Source of the DNA: Alphaproteobacteria bacterium
GTDB lineage: Bacteria > Pseudomonadota > Alphaproteobacteria > UBA828
Reading direction: 5' to 3'
Length of the DNA stretch: 64,000 nt
Assembly: GCA_963422645.2 (NCBI GenBank)
Contig: CAXXVO010000004.1
Coordinates: 544,001 to 608,000, forward strand
Numbering within the stretch: the first letter of the stretch is position 1; each line of letters opens with the position of its first letter. Below are positions 10,127-20,086 of the stretch, one piece after another. A program made the position numbers and the translations under genes. A model generated the notes under the pieces. It saw only the letters and a list, made by a program, of their open reading frames with translations, had not been told where the DNA came from and did no database searches.

Positions 10127-12061
10127 CTAACGGCCGTAGAGGTCGGGCGAGGAATCCTCGGCGGGATCGCGGTCGAGATCGGTGAACGTGTCGCCGTTGG
10201 TCATCAGGCTCTGGCGCAGCGTAGAGGTGCCCGGCTCCATCGGCGAGTTGAGCGGCGCCGTGCCGCGTTCGGCCTTGCGCCCGGCGCGGCGCGCCGCCGT
10301 CGCCGCCTCGTCCACAGCCAGGGTCTCGGCATCGAGCACCACCCCATAATCGCGCCGCGCGGCCTCGATACTCACGACCTCGTCGCGCACGTCCGCTGCG
10401 ACGGCGGCAGGGTCGCGGTCGTAAGGGTCGCCATAGCCGCCGCCGCCGCTCGCGATCACGACATACTCCCAGCCCTTCGGCAGCTGGAACTTACCGAGGC
10501 CGGAATAAAAGTGCCGCTCGTCGGGCTTCGCCGGATCGAATGCGTAGATGGTGCCGCCGATGCCGCCGGCGCCGCCCACGGTCCCGTGGCTCAGATTGTT
10601 GTGCCCCCAGCACGCGGTGTAGACATCCATCGCGCTGGAGCCGTGCCCGGTGACGTGGGTTGTCACGCCGGGCCCGCCGCGCCACTCGCCCGCGCCCTGG
10701 GAATCGGTTTTGATCTCCTGCTCCTTGACCAGGACCGGATAGAGCCACTCTTCCATCTCGGTGCTCATGAAGGTCATGGCGCCAGCGACGCCCATCTCCA
10801 TCATGCAGGGGCTGCCGTCGACGCCGTTGGCCGCGCCGCCGCCGCCGCATTCGTTGAAGTTCGCATAGGCCCAGAGCCTGTTGTCGCCGCCGCGTTCGTC
10901 GACGCCGATATAGGTGCTCCACTGAATTAGCGTGCTGCCGGCGGCCACCATCTCCGGAGTCGCCCCAGCGGCGGCACGAAAGAGCGCGCGATAGACAACC
11001 TCGGCCGCGCCCGTGGTGGAGTGCTGGGTCGAGAAGGGCGCCGTCGCGCTGCAGATCGTGCCTTCGGGGCAGATGATCTCGACGTGACGGTGAAAGCCCT
11101 CGTTCTTCGGAATGCTCGGATCGACGCAGAAGGCAAGCGTGCCGACCACGGCGGCCTCCGTGGCACCATGGAGCGAGGCGTTGAGGGTGCCGATCATCTG
11201 CGGCGGACACTCCGAGAGGTCGACGATCCACATGTCGTCTTCGACGGTCAGCTTGGTGCGCACCGGCACGTTCTTGGTGCCATAGCCGTTGCTGTCCATC
11301 CAGTCTTCGCCGTAGTAGGTGCCCGGCCTCATCGTGCGGATATCGGCGCCGACGCGGCGCGAGGTGTAGTCGAGCAGCGCGGCGGTATAGCGCCGGACGG
11401 TCTCCGGCCCATAGCGCTCGATCAGGGACGTAAGCTGCTCCTTTCCGCGCCAGGTGCAGGCCACGTGCGCCATCAGGTCGCCGTGGCTGTTAGTGCGCGC
11501 GCGCAGGTTGCCGAGATAGAGCTCCAGCACGTCTTTGCGCAGCTTGCCGCGCTCGAACAGCTTGATCGGCGGGATCTTGAGCCCCTCGCTGTAGAGGTCC
11601 TTCGAATAGGGGTAGGTGGGCACGTAGGCCGGCGTGCCCATGTCCGCCAGATGGCCGCGCGCCATCGACCAGAACATCAGCTCGCCTTCGTGGAACACCG
11701 GGCTCGCCAGCAGCGGCTCGCCCATATGGGTGTTGCCGAGGTAGGCGAGGTTGCACATCAGCACGTCGCCGTCCTCGATCTCGCCTTCGAAGAACTCGGC
11801 GGTGCTCTTCATGATCCGCTGCATGGTCATGGCCTGGACCGGCAGCGCCGTATCCGGCACCGAGACCAGATTGCAGGCGTCGTCGGCGATGCCGACGGAG
11901 AAGTCGCGGCAGAGATTGATGATCGACGTCCAGGCCGAGCGCTCGAGCGTGATCATCATCTCGCGCCCGATATTCTCGTACATGCCCATGATGACGCTGA
12001 AGGTCCCGGGATCAATTTCGCCGGGAGCCTCCCACGCCTCGACCTCGGCTAGGTTGGCCAT
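10127..12061 (-). CDS. Hydantoinase B/oxoprolinase subunit
   Basis: GHLADMG, YSEGLKIPPIKL, DSQGAGEWRGG, GGGGYGDP; SD before ATG 12061. Confidence 0.92.
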   Translation of the reverse strand: MANLAEVEAWEAPGEIDPGTFSVIMGMYENIGREMMITLERSAWTSIINLCRDFSVGIADDACNLVSVPDTALPVQAMTMQRIMKSTAEFFEGEIEDGDVLMCNLAYLGNTHMGEPLLASPVFHEGELMFWSMARGHLADMGTPAYVPTYPYSKDLYSEGLKIPPIKLFERGKLRKDVLELYLGNLRARTNSHGDLMAHVACTWRGKEQLTSLIERYGPETVRRYTAALLDYTSRRVGADIRTMRPGTYYGEDWMDSNGYGTKNVPVRTKLTVEDDMWIVDLSECPPQMIGTLNASLHGATEAAVVGTLAFCVDPSIPKNEGFHRHVEIICPEGTICSATAPFSTQHSTTGAAEVVYRALFRAAAGATPEMVAAGSTLIQWSTYIGVDERGGDNRLWAYANFNECGGGGAANGVDGSPCMMEMGVAGAMTFMSTEMEEWLYPVLVKEQEIKTDSQGAGEWRGGPGVTTHVTGHGSSAMDVYTACWGHNNLSHGTVGGAGGIGGTIYAFDPAKPDERHFYSGLGKFQLPKGWEYVVIASGGGGYGDPYDRDPAAVAADVRDEVVSIEAARRDYGVVLDAETLAVDEAATAARRAGRKAERGTAPLNSPMEPGTSTLRQSLMTNGDTFTDLDRDPAEDSSPDLYGR

Positions 12062-12281
12062 CGTCTGCTCCCTCTCGCAAGGCACGGCCGCGCGGGCCGC
12101 AGCGCCAGATTAGCACGAGAGGCCCGGCGCGGAAGGGGCCGCATCGCTTCGACACGTTGCGGGCGGGGTTGGGGCCGCACGCATCATCGCCCCCACTCTT
12201 GCGCCCAGCCTTGTCAAGCGGTGCCCGAAGTCCTTAGCATTGCCGGACACAGAGAAAGCTTAGACAGGGGAGGCTCACAAG

Positions 12282-13457
12282 ATGCGGCGATTCCTCATGG
12301 CGGCGGCGGCGGTGCTCGCGATTTCATTCACTGGCGCGGCGGCGCAGGCCGAAGACACCCTCAAGATCGGGCTCCAGTCTGCGATGACAGGATGGGGCGC
12401 CGCATGGGGGCAACCCTTCCGAGCAACCTCGGAGATGTACGTCGACGAGGTCAACGCCCAGGGCGGGCTGGAGGTCGGTGGCAAGACGTACATGATCGAG
12501 CTCTTCGTCGACGACCACAAGGCGGACACCAAGCTCGCCAAGGCCGGCCTGGAGCGCTTCATCCATCAGGAAGGCATCAGTATTCTGATGATCCACTTCG
12601 ATAATGGTCCAGACGCCTGGCTCGGCATGCCGGACGACGTGCGGGCAGGACTCGTTCACGTCTCGCCGGTGTGGCGGCCGGACGTGTTCTCGCCGCCACA
12701 CAACGGCTTCGGCACGCTCAATCTGCCGCCGAATTTCGCGCCGGTCCTGTTCGGGCGGGTTCTCTCCGACCACCCGGACCTCAAGACGGTCGTCGAGCTC
12801 TCCCCGCGCGGACAGTTCCCGGAGATGGCTGTGGCGAACGACAAGATCGCGGTGGAGTCCCTCGGTCTCGAGTGGCTCGGCGTCGAGTACTTCGACCCCG
12901 ACCTTGCGGACCCGCTGCCGATCGTGACCAAGGTGCTGGCGCAGAACCCCGACATGCTCAACCTGGGTTGCGTGGGCCAGACCGGGCCGCAACTCCTGAA
13001 GCTTGCCCGCCAGCTCGGTTATGAGGGCGTGATGAGTTGCAGCTGCGAGGACGATATCAACCTCTACCTCAATCACGCCGGCCCCGCGGCCGCCGAGGGC
13101 TTCTATATCATAGGCTCCCACGGCTTCCCCGAGGGCCCGGAGCTCATGGCGTTCCGCGAGAAATACACGGAGCGGGAAGGCGAATGGACCGCCGTTGCGC
13201 TCGCCTTCTACCAGGGGATCAGGGTGCTTCTCGGCGGCATCCAGAAGGCCGGAACGATCGATGACATTCCCGCAATCGTGAAGGGTATCCAGGAGACCAC
13301 AGTGGTCCAGGAGCTGCTGCCCGGCAAGCCGGTCATCACCTGGGGTGGCGCCAAGACGTGGGGCCAGCCGCACCAGATGCAGGTGCCCGTCGTGCTCAAT
13401 ACGATCAAGGACGGGAAGGCGACCACCGTCGACGTGGTGCCGCCGACGGTGCCCTGA
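12282..13457 (+). CDS. Branched-chain amino acid-type ABC substrate-binding protein
   Basis: Signal peptide; LKIGLQSAMTG, VNAQGGLEVGG; heads a Liv-type operon. Confidence 0.88.
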   Translation: MRRFLMAAAAVLAISFTGAAAQAEDTLKIGLQSAMTGWGAAWGQPFRATSEMYVDEVNAQGGLEVGGKTYMIELFVDDHKADTKLAKAGLERFIHQEGISILMIHFDNGPDAWLGMPDDVRAGLVHVSPVWRPDVFSPPHNGFGTLNLPPNFAPVLFGRVLSDHPDLKTVVELSPRGQFPEMAVANDKIAVESLGLEWLGVEYFDPDLADPLPIVTKVLAQNPDMLNLGCVGQTGPQLLKLARQLGYEGVMSCSCEDDINLYLNHAGPAAAEGFYIIGSHGFPEGPELMAFREKYTEREGEWTAVALAFYQGIRVLLGGIQKAGTIDDIPAIVKGIQETTVVQELLPGKPVITWGGAKTWGQPHQMQVPVVLNTIKDGKATTVDVVPPTVP

Positions 13458-13555
13458 GCCGCAGGCGTGTGAGGGCGGACCGGTACGGGGGCGGATAAGG
13501 CATTCGCCCCCGGCCGGCCCACGCCCGCCAGTACCCGGGACGGATACCGTCGGTC

Positions 13556-14284
13556 ATGCTGCTCGAGGTCAAGGATCTGTGGGTTCATCATGGGCGGGCG
13601 CCGGCGCTCAAGGGTGTTACCCTCGCTGTGCCAGAGGGCAGCCTCGTGGCGCTGGTCGGGCCCAACGGGGCCGGCAAGTCCACCCTCGTGCGCACGATCT
13701 CCGGCCTCAAGCGGGCCAGCGCCGGCGAAATCCTGTTCGACGGCAAGTGCATCGACCGCGTGCCCGCCCACAAGATCGTCGGCCTGGGAATCGCGCACGT
13801 ACCGGAGGGGCGGCGCGTCTTCCCGGACATGACCGTGTTCGAGAATCTGCGGATGGGCGCCTATCGAAGGCTCCGCCGGGGCAAGTTGACGCTCCGGGAT
13901 TCCGCTTTCGACGACGACCTCGCCCTGACCTACGAGCACTTCCCGCGGCTCGAGGAGCGTTCTCGCCAGCGCGCTGGCAGCCTCAGCGGCGGCGAGCAGC
14001 AGATGCTGGCGATCGGGCGGGCACTCATGGCCCGCCCCCGCCTTCTCCTGCTGGATGAGCCCTCGATCGGCCTCGCCCCCAGGATGGTTCAGGAGATCGC
14101 CCAGGTCATCGCGGCGATCACGCGGCGCTGGCGTGTCGGCATCCTGCTCATCGAGCAGAATGCGCGCATGGCCTTCCGTATCGCACAGCACGCATACGTC
14201 CTCGAAACCGGGCAGGTGGTGATTGCCGGCGCGACCGACGCGCTGGCCCGGAACGAGGAAGTCAAGCGCGTGTACCTGGGCTAG
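13556..14284 (+). CDS. livF: LivF-like ABC ATPase
   Basis: GPNGAGKST, VPEGRRVF, LSGGEQQMLAIGRALM, DEPS. Confidence 0.92.
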   Translation: MLLEVKDLWVHHGRAPALKGVTLAVPEGSLVALVGPNGAGKSTLVRTISGLKRASAGEILFDGKCIDRVPAHKIVGLGIAHVPEGRRVFPDMTVFENLRMGAYRRLRRGKLTLRDSAFDDDLALTYEHFPRLEERSRQRAGSLSGGEQQMLAIGRALMARPRLLLLDEPSIGLAPRMVQEIAQVIAAITRRWRVGILLIEQNARMAFRIAQHAYVLETGQVVIAGATDALARNEEVKRVYLG

Positions 14285-14316
14285 CGCGGCGCTCCGCACC
14301 AGCCGCCGCTCAGGCC

Positions 14317-15087
14317 ATGGCACTCCTCGAACTCACGGGAATCGGCAAGAACTTCGGCGGCCTTGCAGCGCTCGGCGGCGTCGACCTCACCGTCGAGCCG
14401 GGCGAGATTCTCGGCCTGATCGGGCCCAACGGTGCCGGCAAGACCACGCTCTTCAACGTCATCAGCGGTGTCCTGCCGCCGAGCACCGGGCGCATCGTCT
14501 ATGACGGCACCGACATCACGCGATGGTCCCTGCACCGCATCGCACGGCACGGCCTGGTGCGCACCTTCCAGCAGACCGAGCTCTTCATGGAAATGACGGT
14601 GCTCGAGAACGTCCGGGTGAGCGCGCGCGCCCACAGCGGTCTCAGCTTCCGACGCATGAGTGGCCGCGAGGCAGCGGGGCGGATGTCAGTGCACGAGATC
14701 ATCGAGCTCTTGGGCCTGAGCGATCTCACCGATGAACGTGCCGAGAACCTGCCGCACGGCCACCGCCGGGCGCTCGGCATTGCGCTCGCGTTGGCAGCCG
14801 CGCCGTCGCTTCTCCTGCTCGACGAGCCGCTGACCGGCATGGACGCCGGCGAAACGGAGGCGATGGTCTCGACCATCGAGCGGATTCGCGTGCAGGCCAC
14901 GGCCGTCATGCTGGTCGAGCACAACATGCGCGCCGTCATGCGCTGCTGCGACCGTATCGCGGTTCTCGATTTCGGCAAGCTGATCGCCGAAGGGCCGCCG
15001 CAGCGGATACAGAACGATCCTCGCGTCATCGACGCCTACCTCGGCGCCGACGAGGAAATCCATGGCATCGACCGTGCGCCGGCCTGA
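14317..15087 (+). CDS. livG: LivG-like ABC ATPase
   Basis: FGGLAAL, GPNGAGKTT, RTFQ, EHNM, VIDAYLG. Confidence 0.92.
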   Translation: MALLELTGIGKNFGGLAALGGVDLTVEPGEILGLIGPNGAGKTTLFNVISGVLPPSTGRIVYDGTDITRWSLHRIARHGLVRTFQQTELFMEMTVLENVRVSARAHSGLSFRRMSGREAAGRMSVHEIIELLGLSDLTDERAENLPHGHRRALGIALALAAAPSLLLLDEPLTGMDAGETEAMVSTIERIRVQATAVMLVEHNMRAVMRCCDRIAVLDFGKLIAEGPPQRIQNDPRVIDAYLGADEEIHGIDRAPA

Positions 15088-15147
15088 GCGGCCGGGCCGG
15101 CCTAGCGCAGCCGGCGCCGGGCGCCGGCAGCCGAGAGTCGTCCGCCC

Positions 15148-16008
15148 ATGACGGCCATGCTCTACGGCCAGAGTGCGGTCAACGCGCTCATGCTGGGCGC
15201 CACTTACGCACTCATCGCCGTCGGGCTCAGTCTGGTCTTCAGCATCATGCGAGTGATCCAGTTCGCCCACGGCCATCTCTACATGCTGGGCGCCTACTGC
15301 GTGTTCTATTTGGCGACCGAATTCGGCGTGAACTACTTCGCCGCGCTCTTCATCGCGGCCATTGCCGTGGGTGTGCTCGGCATGGTTCTCGACCGAGTCT
15401 TTCTGCGGCCGCTGCGCGGGCAGGACCTGCCGAGCATGATCGTCACGCTCGGCCTTCTCCTCCTCATCGAAGGCAGTGCGCTTCTCGCGTTCGGCGAGCG
15501 CGACAAGCGCTTCCACAGCCCGGTGGACGGCGCCGTCTGGTTTTTCGACACCATCGTCATTCCCAGCGAGCGGCTGATGATCTTGGGCGTCGCAGCACCT
15601 CTCATCGCGCTCCTCTTCCTCTTCGTCTGGCGGAGCAAGGAGGGCCAGGCAATGCGCGCCGTCGCACAGGACCGGGAGGCGGCGATGCTGCAGGGCATCA
15701 ACGTCGACTGGATCAGCGCGCTCGGCATGTTCATCGGCAGCGCGCTGGCGGCGGCGGCCGCGGGCCTCCTGCTGCCGATCCAGGTGCTGACGCCCGCCGT
15801 TGGCGGCCCCGTCGTCATCAAGGCCTTCATGGTGGTGATCCTGGGCGGTCTCGGCAGCATACCGGGGGCCGTGGTGGGCTCCCTCGCCTTCGGCGCGCTG
15901 GAAAGCTTCGGCACCACCTTCTTCGGCGGATACTCGTCGCTGGCCGCGTTCAGCGCGGTGATGCTGATTCTGATCTTCCGGCCGAGCGGGTTGCTGGGCC
16001 GTGCTTAG
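15148..16008 (+). CDS. livH: LivH-like ABC permease
   Basis: YALIAVGLSLVF, FAHG, GGLGSIPGA, RPSGLLG. Confidence 0.9.
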   Translation: MTAMLYGQSAVNALMLGATYALIAVGLSLVFSIMRVIQFAHGHLYMLGAYCVFYLATEFGVNYFAALFIAAIAVGVLGMVLDRVFLRPLRGQDLPSMIVTLGLLLLIEGSALLAFGERDKRFHSPVDGAVWFFDTIVIPSERLMILGVAAPLIALLFLFVWRSKEGQAMRAVAQDREAAMLQGINVDWISALGMFIGSALAAAAAGLLLPIQVLTPAVGGPVVIKAFMVVILGGLGSIPGAVVGSLAFGALESFGTTFFGGYSSLAAFSAVMLILIFRPSGLLGRA

Positions 16009-17026
16009 GCTCGGTGCAATCGTCGCGCTGATCGCGCTGACCGGGTTGATCCCGGTGATCACTCAACACCCCTACTACCTGCACGTCGCCATCACCATCG
16101 CGGTGTTCACGATCGTCTCGCTCGGTGTCCGGCTGCTCCTGATGATCGGCCAGTGGACCTTTGGCCAGGCGGCGTTCATGACCATCGGTTCTTACGCCTC
16201 GGCCATGCTGGCGGGCCATCTGGGCTGGTCGTTCTGGGCGGCGATGCCCATGGCCGGGCTGATCGCTGCGGCTGCAGCGGCGCTTTTCGGCTATCCGGCG
16301 CTTCGGCTTACCGGCGCCTACTTCGCGATGGTAACGCTTATTCTCAACATCGTGATCCGGCAGATCATCCTGGTGACGCCGGACTTCACCGGCGGCAGCA
16401 TGGGGGTCAGGCTCGAGATTCATCCACCCGACCCGATCGCGCTGCCCTTCGGCGGCGGGGTGATCGCGTTCTCGGACAAGGTGTCCTACTACTACCTGAT
16501 CTGGCTGCTCGGGCTTGCCGCCGTCGGAATTGCCTATTGGATCGACCGCTCGCCCATGGGCGCGGTCCTGCGCGCGGTCCGCCAAAGCGAGATTCTGGCG
16601 CGGAGCGTCGGCATAGACAGCGCCATCTACAAGCTGCTCGCCTTCGTCATCGCCTGCTTCTTCGCCGGGATCGCGGGCAGTTTCTATGCGCATTACCTGA
16701 TTCTGGCCCATCCCGATGCGTTCTCGCTCTGGGACTCGATCTACGCAGTCGCCTATGTGGTGATCGGTGGCACGAGCACCGTGCTCGGCCCGATATTGGG
16801 AACCGTTCTGCTGATCGGCGGTTTCGAGCTGCTGCGCGAGGCGTCCGCATACCAGACCGTGGGCTATGCGCTCATTCTGCTCCTGGTCACGCGCTTCCTC
16901 CCCGGCGGGCTGATCAGTCTCGGACCGATGTCGGCTGACTTCCTGACCCGCCCCCGGCGCGGGGCGCGGGATCAGGAGAACGAGGCGAGCATGCGGCCCT
17001 GGTTTCGTTCATACCTGCGCCGCTGA
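16001..17026 (+). CDS. livM: LivM-like ABC permease
   Basis: GQAAFMTIGSY, LRLTGAYFAMVTL, PGGL. Confidence 0.9.
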   Translation: MLRLGAIVALIALTGLIPVITQHPYYLHVAITIAVFTIVSLGVRLLLMIGQWTFGQAAFMTIGSYASAMLAGHLGWSFWAAMPMAGLIAAAAAALFGYPALRLTGAYFAMVTLILNIVIRQIILVTPDFTGGSMGVRLEIHPPDPIALPFGGGVIAFSDKVSYYYLIWLLGLAAVGIAYWIDRSPMGAVLRAVRQSEILARSVGIDSAIYKLLAFVIACFFAGIAGSFYAHYLILAHPDAFSLWDSIYAVAYVVIGGTSTVLGPILGTVLLIGGFELLREASAYQTVGYALILLLVTRFLPGGLISLGPMSADFLTRPRRGARDQENEASMRPWFRSYLRR

Positions 17027-17252
17027 CGACCCGCGCATCGCCCGTCGGCGTGCGGGCATGGCTCCCACCGGCGCCTCGCCCATGTTGCGGGTACTGAGCC
17101 CCATCCGCTTCGAGGAGAGACAGCCCCGCAAGCCGGTCAATTCGGCCGCCCAAATCTGTCCGATCTCGGGGACCCAGTCCACACATGACTACTTGCGTCG
17201 CCAATATTGAAGGCCGATTGACACCAAGCATCGGAACTGATCGTATGGCTCA

Positions 17253-18437
17253 ATGTCTACGAGTTTTGATGTTGTCGTGGTCGGCGGTGGCCTGGTCGGC
17301 GCGTCGACGGCTTTTCATCTCGCAGAATTGAGTAACCGGACGGTCGCGCTGGTGGAGCGTGGCCAGATTTGCAGTGGTGGCACGGCGAGTTCCTGCGCCA
17401 TCGTGCGCACCCATTACTCTGTGCCGAGCAACGTCGCGCTCACTGTCCAGAGTCTCAAGATTTTCGACGACTTCCCAACCTATCTGGACGACCCGGAAGC
17501 CGAGAGTGGCTTCGTTCGGTCCGGTTATCTCATCCTGGCGGACGAAGGGACGACGAGCGACAAGCTCATCGTGAATATGCGGATGCAGGGGGCGTTCGCG
17601 GAAACCCGCGCCGTTTCGCACAGGGAAGCTCTGGAACTCCACCCGCTGCTTGACCTGACAGGCATCGACGCGGTCGGCTACGAGCCGCACTCCGGCTACG
17701 CCGATCCCTATCTCACCACAAGCGGTTTCGAGCGGGCCGCGCGCCGACGCGGCGTGACCGTGATGGTCGACCGGCAGGTCGAAGGGCTTCGCACGGACGG
17801 GATGCGGGTAACCGGCGTCGAGACGAAGCAGGGTGTGATCCATGCCGGATCCGTCGTTTGCGCGATCGGCCCATGGACGCGCATGCTCACCGACCCCCTT
17901 GGTATCGAGACCCACCTAGAGGTCTCTCGCCACACGGTTCTCACATTGCGCACCGACGACACCTACGGTCGTCTGCTGCCGGTGATCAAGGACCTTTCGA
18001 CCGAGAACAAGATGTACTTCCGCCCGTCCACCGGCGGCGTGGTGCTTGTCGGCACCGGCGACTACGGCGATCCGAATGTCGATCCGGACGCCATGAGCGA
18101 AGCGCTCGACGAAGACTTCGTCTTGCTCCAAGGCGGTCAGATCGCTCGGCGCATGCCGAGTTTCGCCGATGCTGCACTCGCTGACAGCTGGGTGGGCGCA
18201 TACGATATCACACCGGACTGGAACCCGGTTCTCGGCGCGCCCGCGGGTTGGGAGCAGCTCGTACTCGCCTACGGCTTCTCCGGCCATGGGTTCAAGCTGG
18301 CCCCGGCGGTTGGCAAGGTACTCGCTCAAACCGTGCTTGGAGAGACGCCGGATGTCGACATCGCCGCCTACCACCACGGGCGCTTTGAAGACGGCACCCT
18401 ACTCACGGGAACCTACGGGATCGGATCGATTTCCTAA
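17253..18437 (+). CDS. FAD-dependent amine oxidoreductase (DadA/sarcosine oxidase beta-like)
   Basis: GGGLVG Rossmann motif; YDITPDWNPVLG; GFSGHGFKLAPAVG. Confidence 0.88.
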   Translation: MSTSFDVVVVGGGLVGASTAFHLAELSNRTVALVERGQICSGGTASSCAIVRTHYSVPSNVALTVQSLKIFDDFPTYLDDPEAESGFVRSGYLILADEGTTSDKLIVNMRMQGAFAETRAVSHREALELHPLLDLTGIDAVGYEPHSGYADPYLTTSGFERAARRRGVTVMVDRQVEGLRTDGMRVTGVETKQGVIHAGSVVCAIGPWTRMLTDPLGIETHLEVSRHTVLTLRTDDTYGRLLPVIKDLSTENKMYFRPSTGGVVLVGTGDYGDPNVDPDAMSEALDEDFVLLQGGQIARRMPSFADAALADSWVGAYDITPDWNPVLGAPAGWEQLVLAYGFSGHGFKLAPAVGKVLAQTVLGETPDVDIAAYHHGRFEDGTLLTGTYGIGSIS

Positions 18438-18559
18438 CCCTGTGCGCTTTGGCACTTCGGAATACCGAGTGCACCCGACAAAACAGTCATGGTCCCCGCG
18501 GTTCTGAGCCACCCCGTGGCATGAAACAGGAGCGGTTCGGCTGACGTTTTCCTTGCGCT

Positions 18560-18775
18560 TGCACCCATTTGCCGTGTCAGGATGGGTATTGGCGGAGGTG
18601 GGGACGTGTGAGCGTCGTTATATCGGTGACGTAGTTCCCGATGACAAAACTGCTTCCGGCGGCCGGCTCCGCACCCCGTATTGTACCCGGCCCGTGGCCG
18701 TGGACGCGCGGCAAATTGCACCGCACCCGCTCGTCGGATGCGTGTTCTTCCGACCGCTGTCCCCGCCTCCACCGT
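18560..18775 (+). ncRNA. Candidate IS110 bridge RNA
   Basis: Long-range stem ggcggaggtggggac (18591) / gtccccgcctccacc (18759) enclosing hairpins; internal segments match the target flank and element end; boundaries approximate. Confidence 0.55.
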
Positions 18776-18835
18776 GGCGATGCCACGGCGTGATCGTACG
18801 CCGCCGTGGCGAGAGCGCAAATGAGGAGGAAGGCG

Positions 18836-20086
18836 ATGAAGACGGAAGGCTTGCACGTCGTCCGGCCGCGCGCGGCGGGTCTGGACGTGCACAAGATGGA
18901 GATCACCGCGACGGTTCGCCTCTGTGAGGGCGAGGGTGAGCCGGTGGTGGAGACGCGCTGCTTCGGCACGCTGCCGAGCGGTCTGGAGGAGATGGTCGCG
19001 TGGCTGACCGGTCACGGCGTCGAGGCTGCGGTGATGGAAGGGACCGGGGTCTACTGGCAGGCGCCCTTCGCGGCCCTGGAGGCGGCCGGGCTCGAGGCGA
19101 TCCTGGTGCATGCGCGTCAGGTGAAGCAGTTGAAGGGGCGCAAGACCGACGTGGCGGACAGCGTGTGGCTGGCCTGCGTGTGCCAGTTCGGGCTCTGCAC
19201 GCCTTCCCACGTTCCGCCTGAGCCGTTCCGGGAGCTGCGCGCACTGAGCCGCCAGCGCCGCGTCCTGGTCAGGCAGCGCTCCGCCGTGCGCAACCGCGTG
19301 CAGAAGATCATCGACCGCGCCGGTGCGCGCATCGGCGGCATCCTCTCCGACGTCTTCGGCGTCAACGGCCGGAAGATCCTCGACGGCCTGGCGCAGGGGA
19401 CGGCGCGCGAGGTCATCCTCGCCTCGCTCACCAGCCACGTTGCGAACAAGCTGGAGGGGCTCGGCGAGGCGCTCACCCTGAGCCTGGGCGACAACGACCG
19501 CTTCATGCTCAACGACCTGCTGGAGGAGCATGACGCGCTTGAGGCGCGCATCGCGTCCTACACCAGGAAGATCGACGGGCAGATGACACCGTGGGAGGAG
19601 CAGCTCCGTCTGCTGACCACCATCCCCGGCATCGACCGCACCGCCGCCTCGACCATCCTCATCGAGATCGGCCCCGACATCGGCGTGTTCGCCTCCAAGG
19701 AGCACTTCGCCGCCTGGGCCGGGCTCTGCCCCGGCAACAACGAGAGCGGGGGCAAGCGCCGCAACGCACGCACCCGCATGGGCTCCAAGACCCTGCGCGC
19801 CTGCCTCGTCGAGTGTGCCCACGGCGCGGCCCGAACCAAGGGGTGCCAGTTCGAGGCTCATCACCGCGCCCTCGCCGCCCGGCGCGGCTACAAGCGCGCC
19901 ATCGTCGCCGGCGCTCACAAGATGCTGCGCATCATCTATGTGGTGCTCAAGACCGGCAGGCCCTACTACGACCGCACGGCCGACTACGACGCTCTGATGG
20001 TCAAGCGCAACGCTCCTCGGTGGATCCGCATGCTCCGCCGCTACGGCTACATCGAGCCCGTAGGCGCGGAACTCAAGGCCGCCTGA
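18836..20086 (+). CDS. IS110-family transposase/recombinase
   Basis: GLDVHK, MEGTGVYW, KTDVADS (DEDD); TIPGI, AAWAGLCPGNNESGGK (catalytic Ser). Confidence 0.96.
   Translation: MKTEGLHVVRPRAAGLDVHKMEITATVRLCEGEGEPVVETRCFGTLPSGLEEMVAWLTGHGVEAAVMEGTGVYWQAPFAALEAAGLEAILVHARQVKQLKGRKTDVADSVWLACVCQFGLCTPSHVPPEPFRELRALSRQRRVLVRQRSAVRNRVQKIIDRAGARIGGILSDVFGVNGRKILDGLAQGTAREVILASLTSHVANKLEGLGEALTLSLGDNDRFMLNDLLEEHDALEARIASYTRKIDGQMTPWEEQLRLLTTIPGIDRTAASTILIEIGPDIGVFASKEHFAAWAGLCPGNNESGGKRRNARTRMGSKTLRACLVECAHGAARTKGCQFEAHHRALAARRGYKRAIVAGAHKMLRIIYVVLKTGRPYYDRTADYDALMVKRNAPRWIRMLRRYGYIEPVGAELKAA

Noticed and set aside
12135-12179. ggggccgca direct repeat in the divergent promoter region
   Set aside because: Only 9 bp and GC-rich; likely chance without conservation data.
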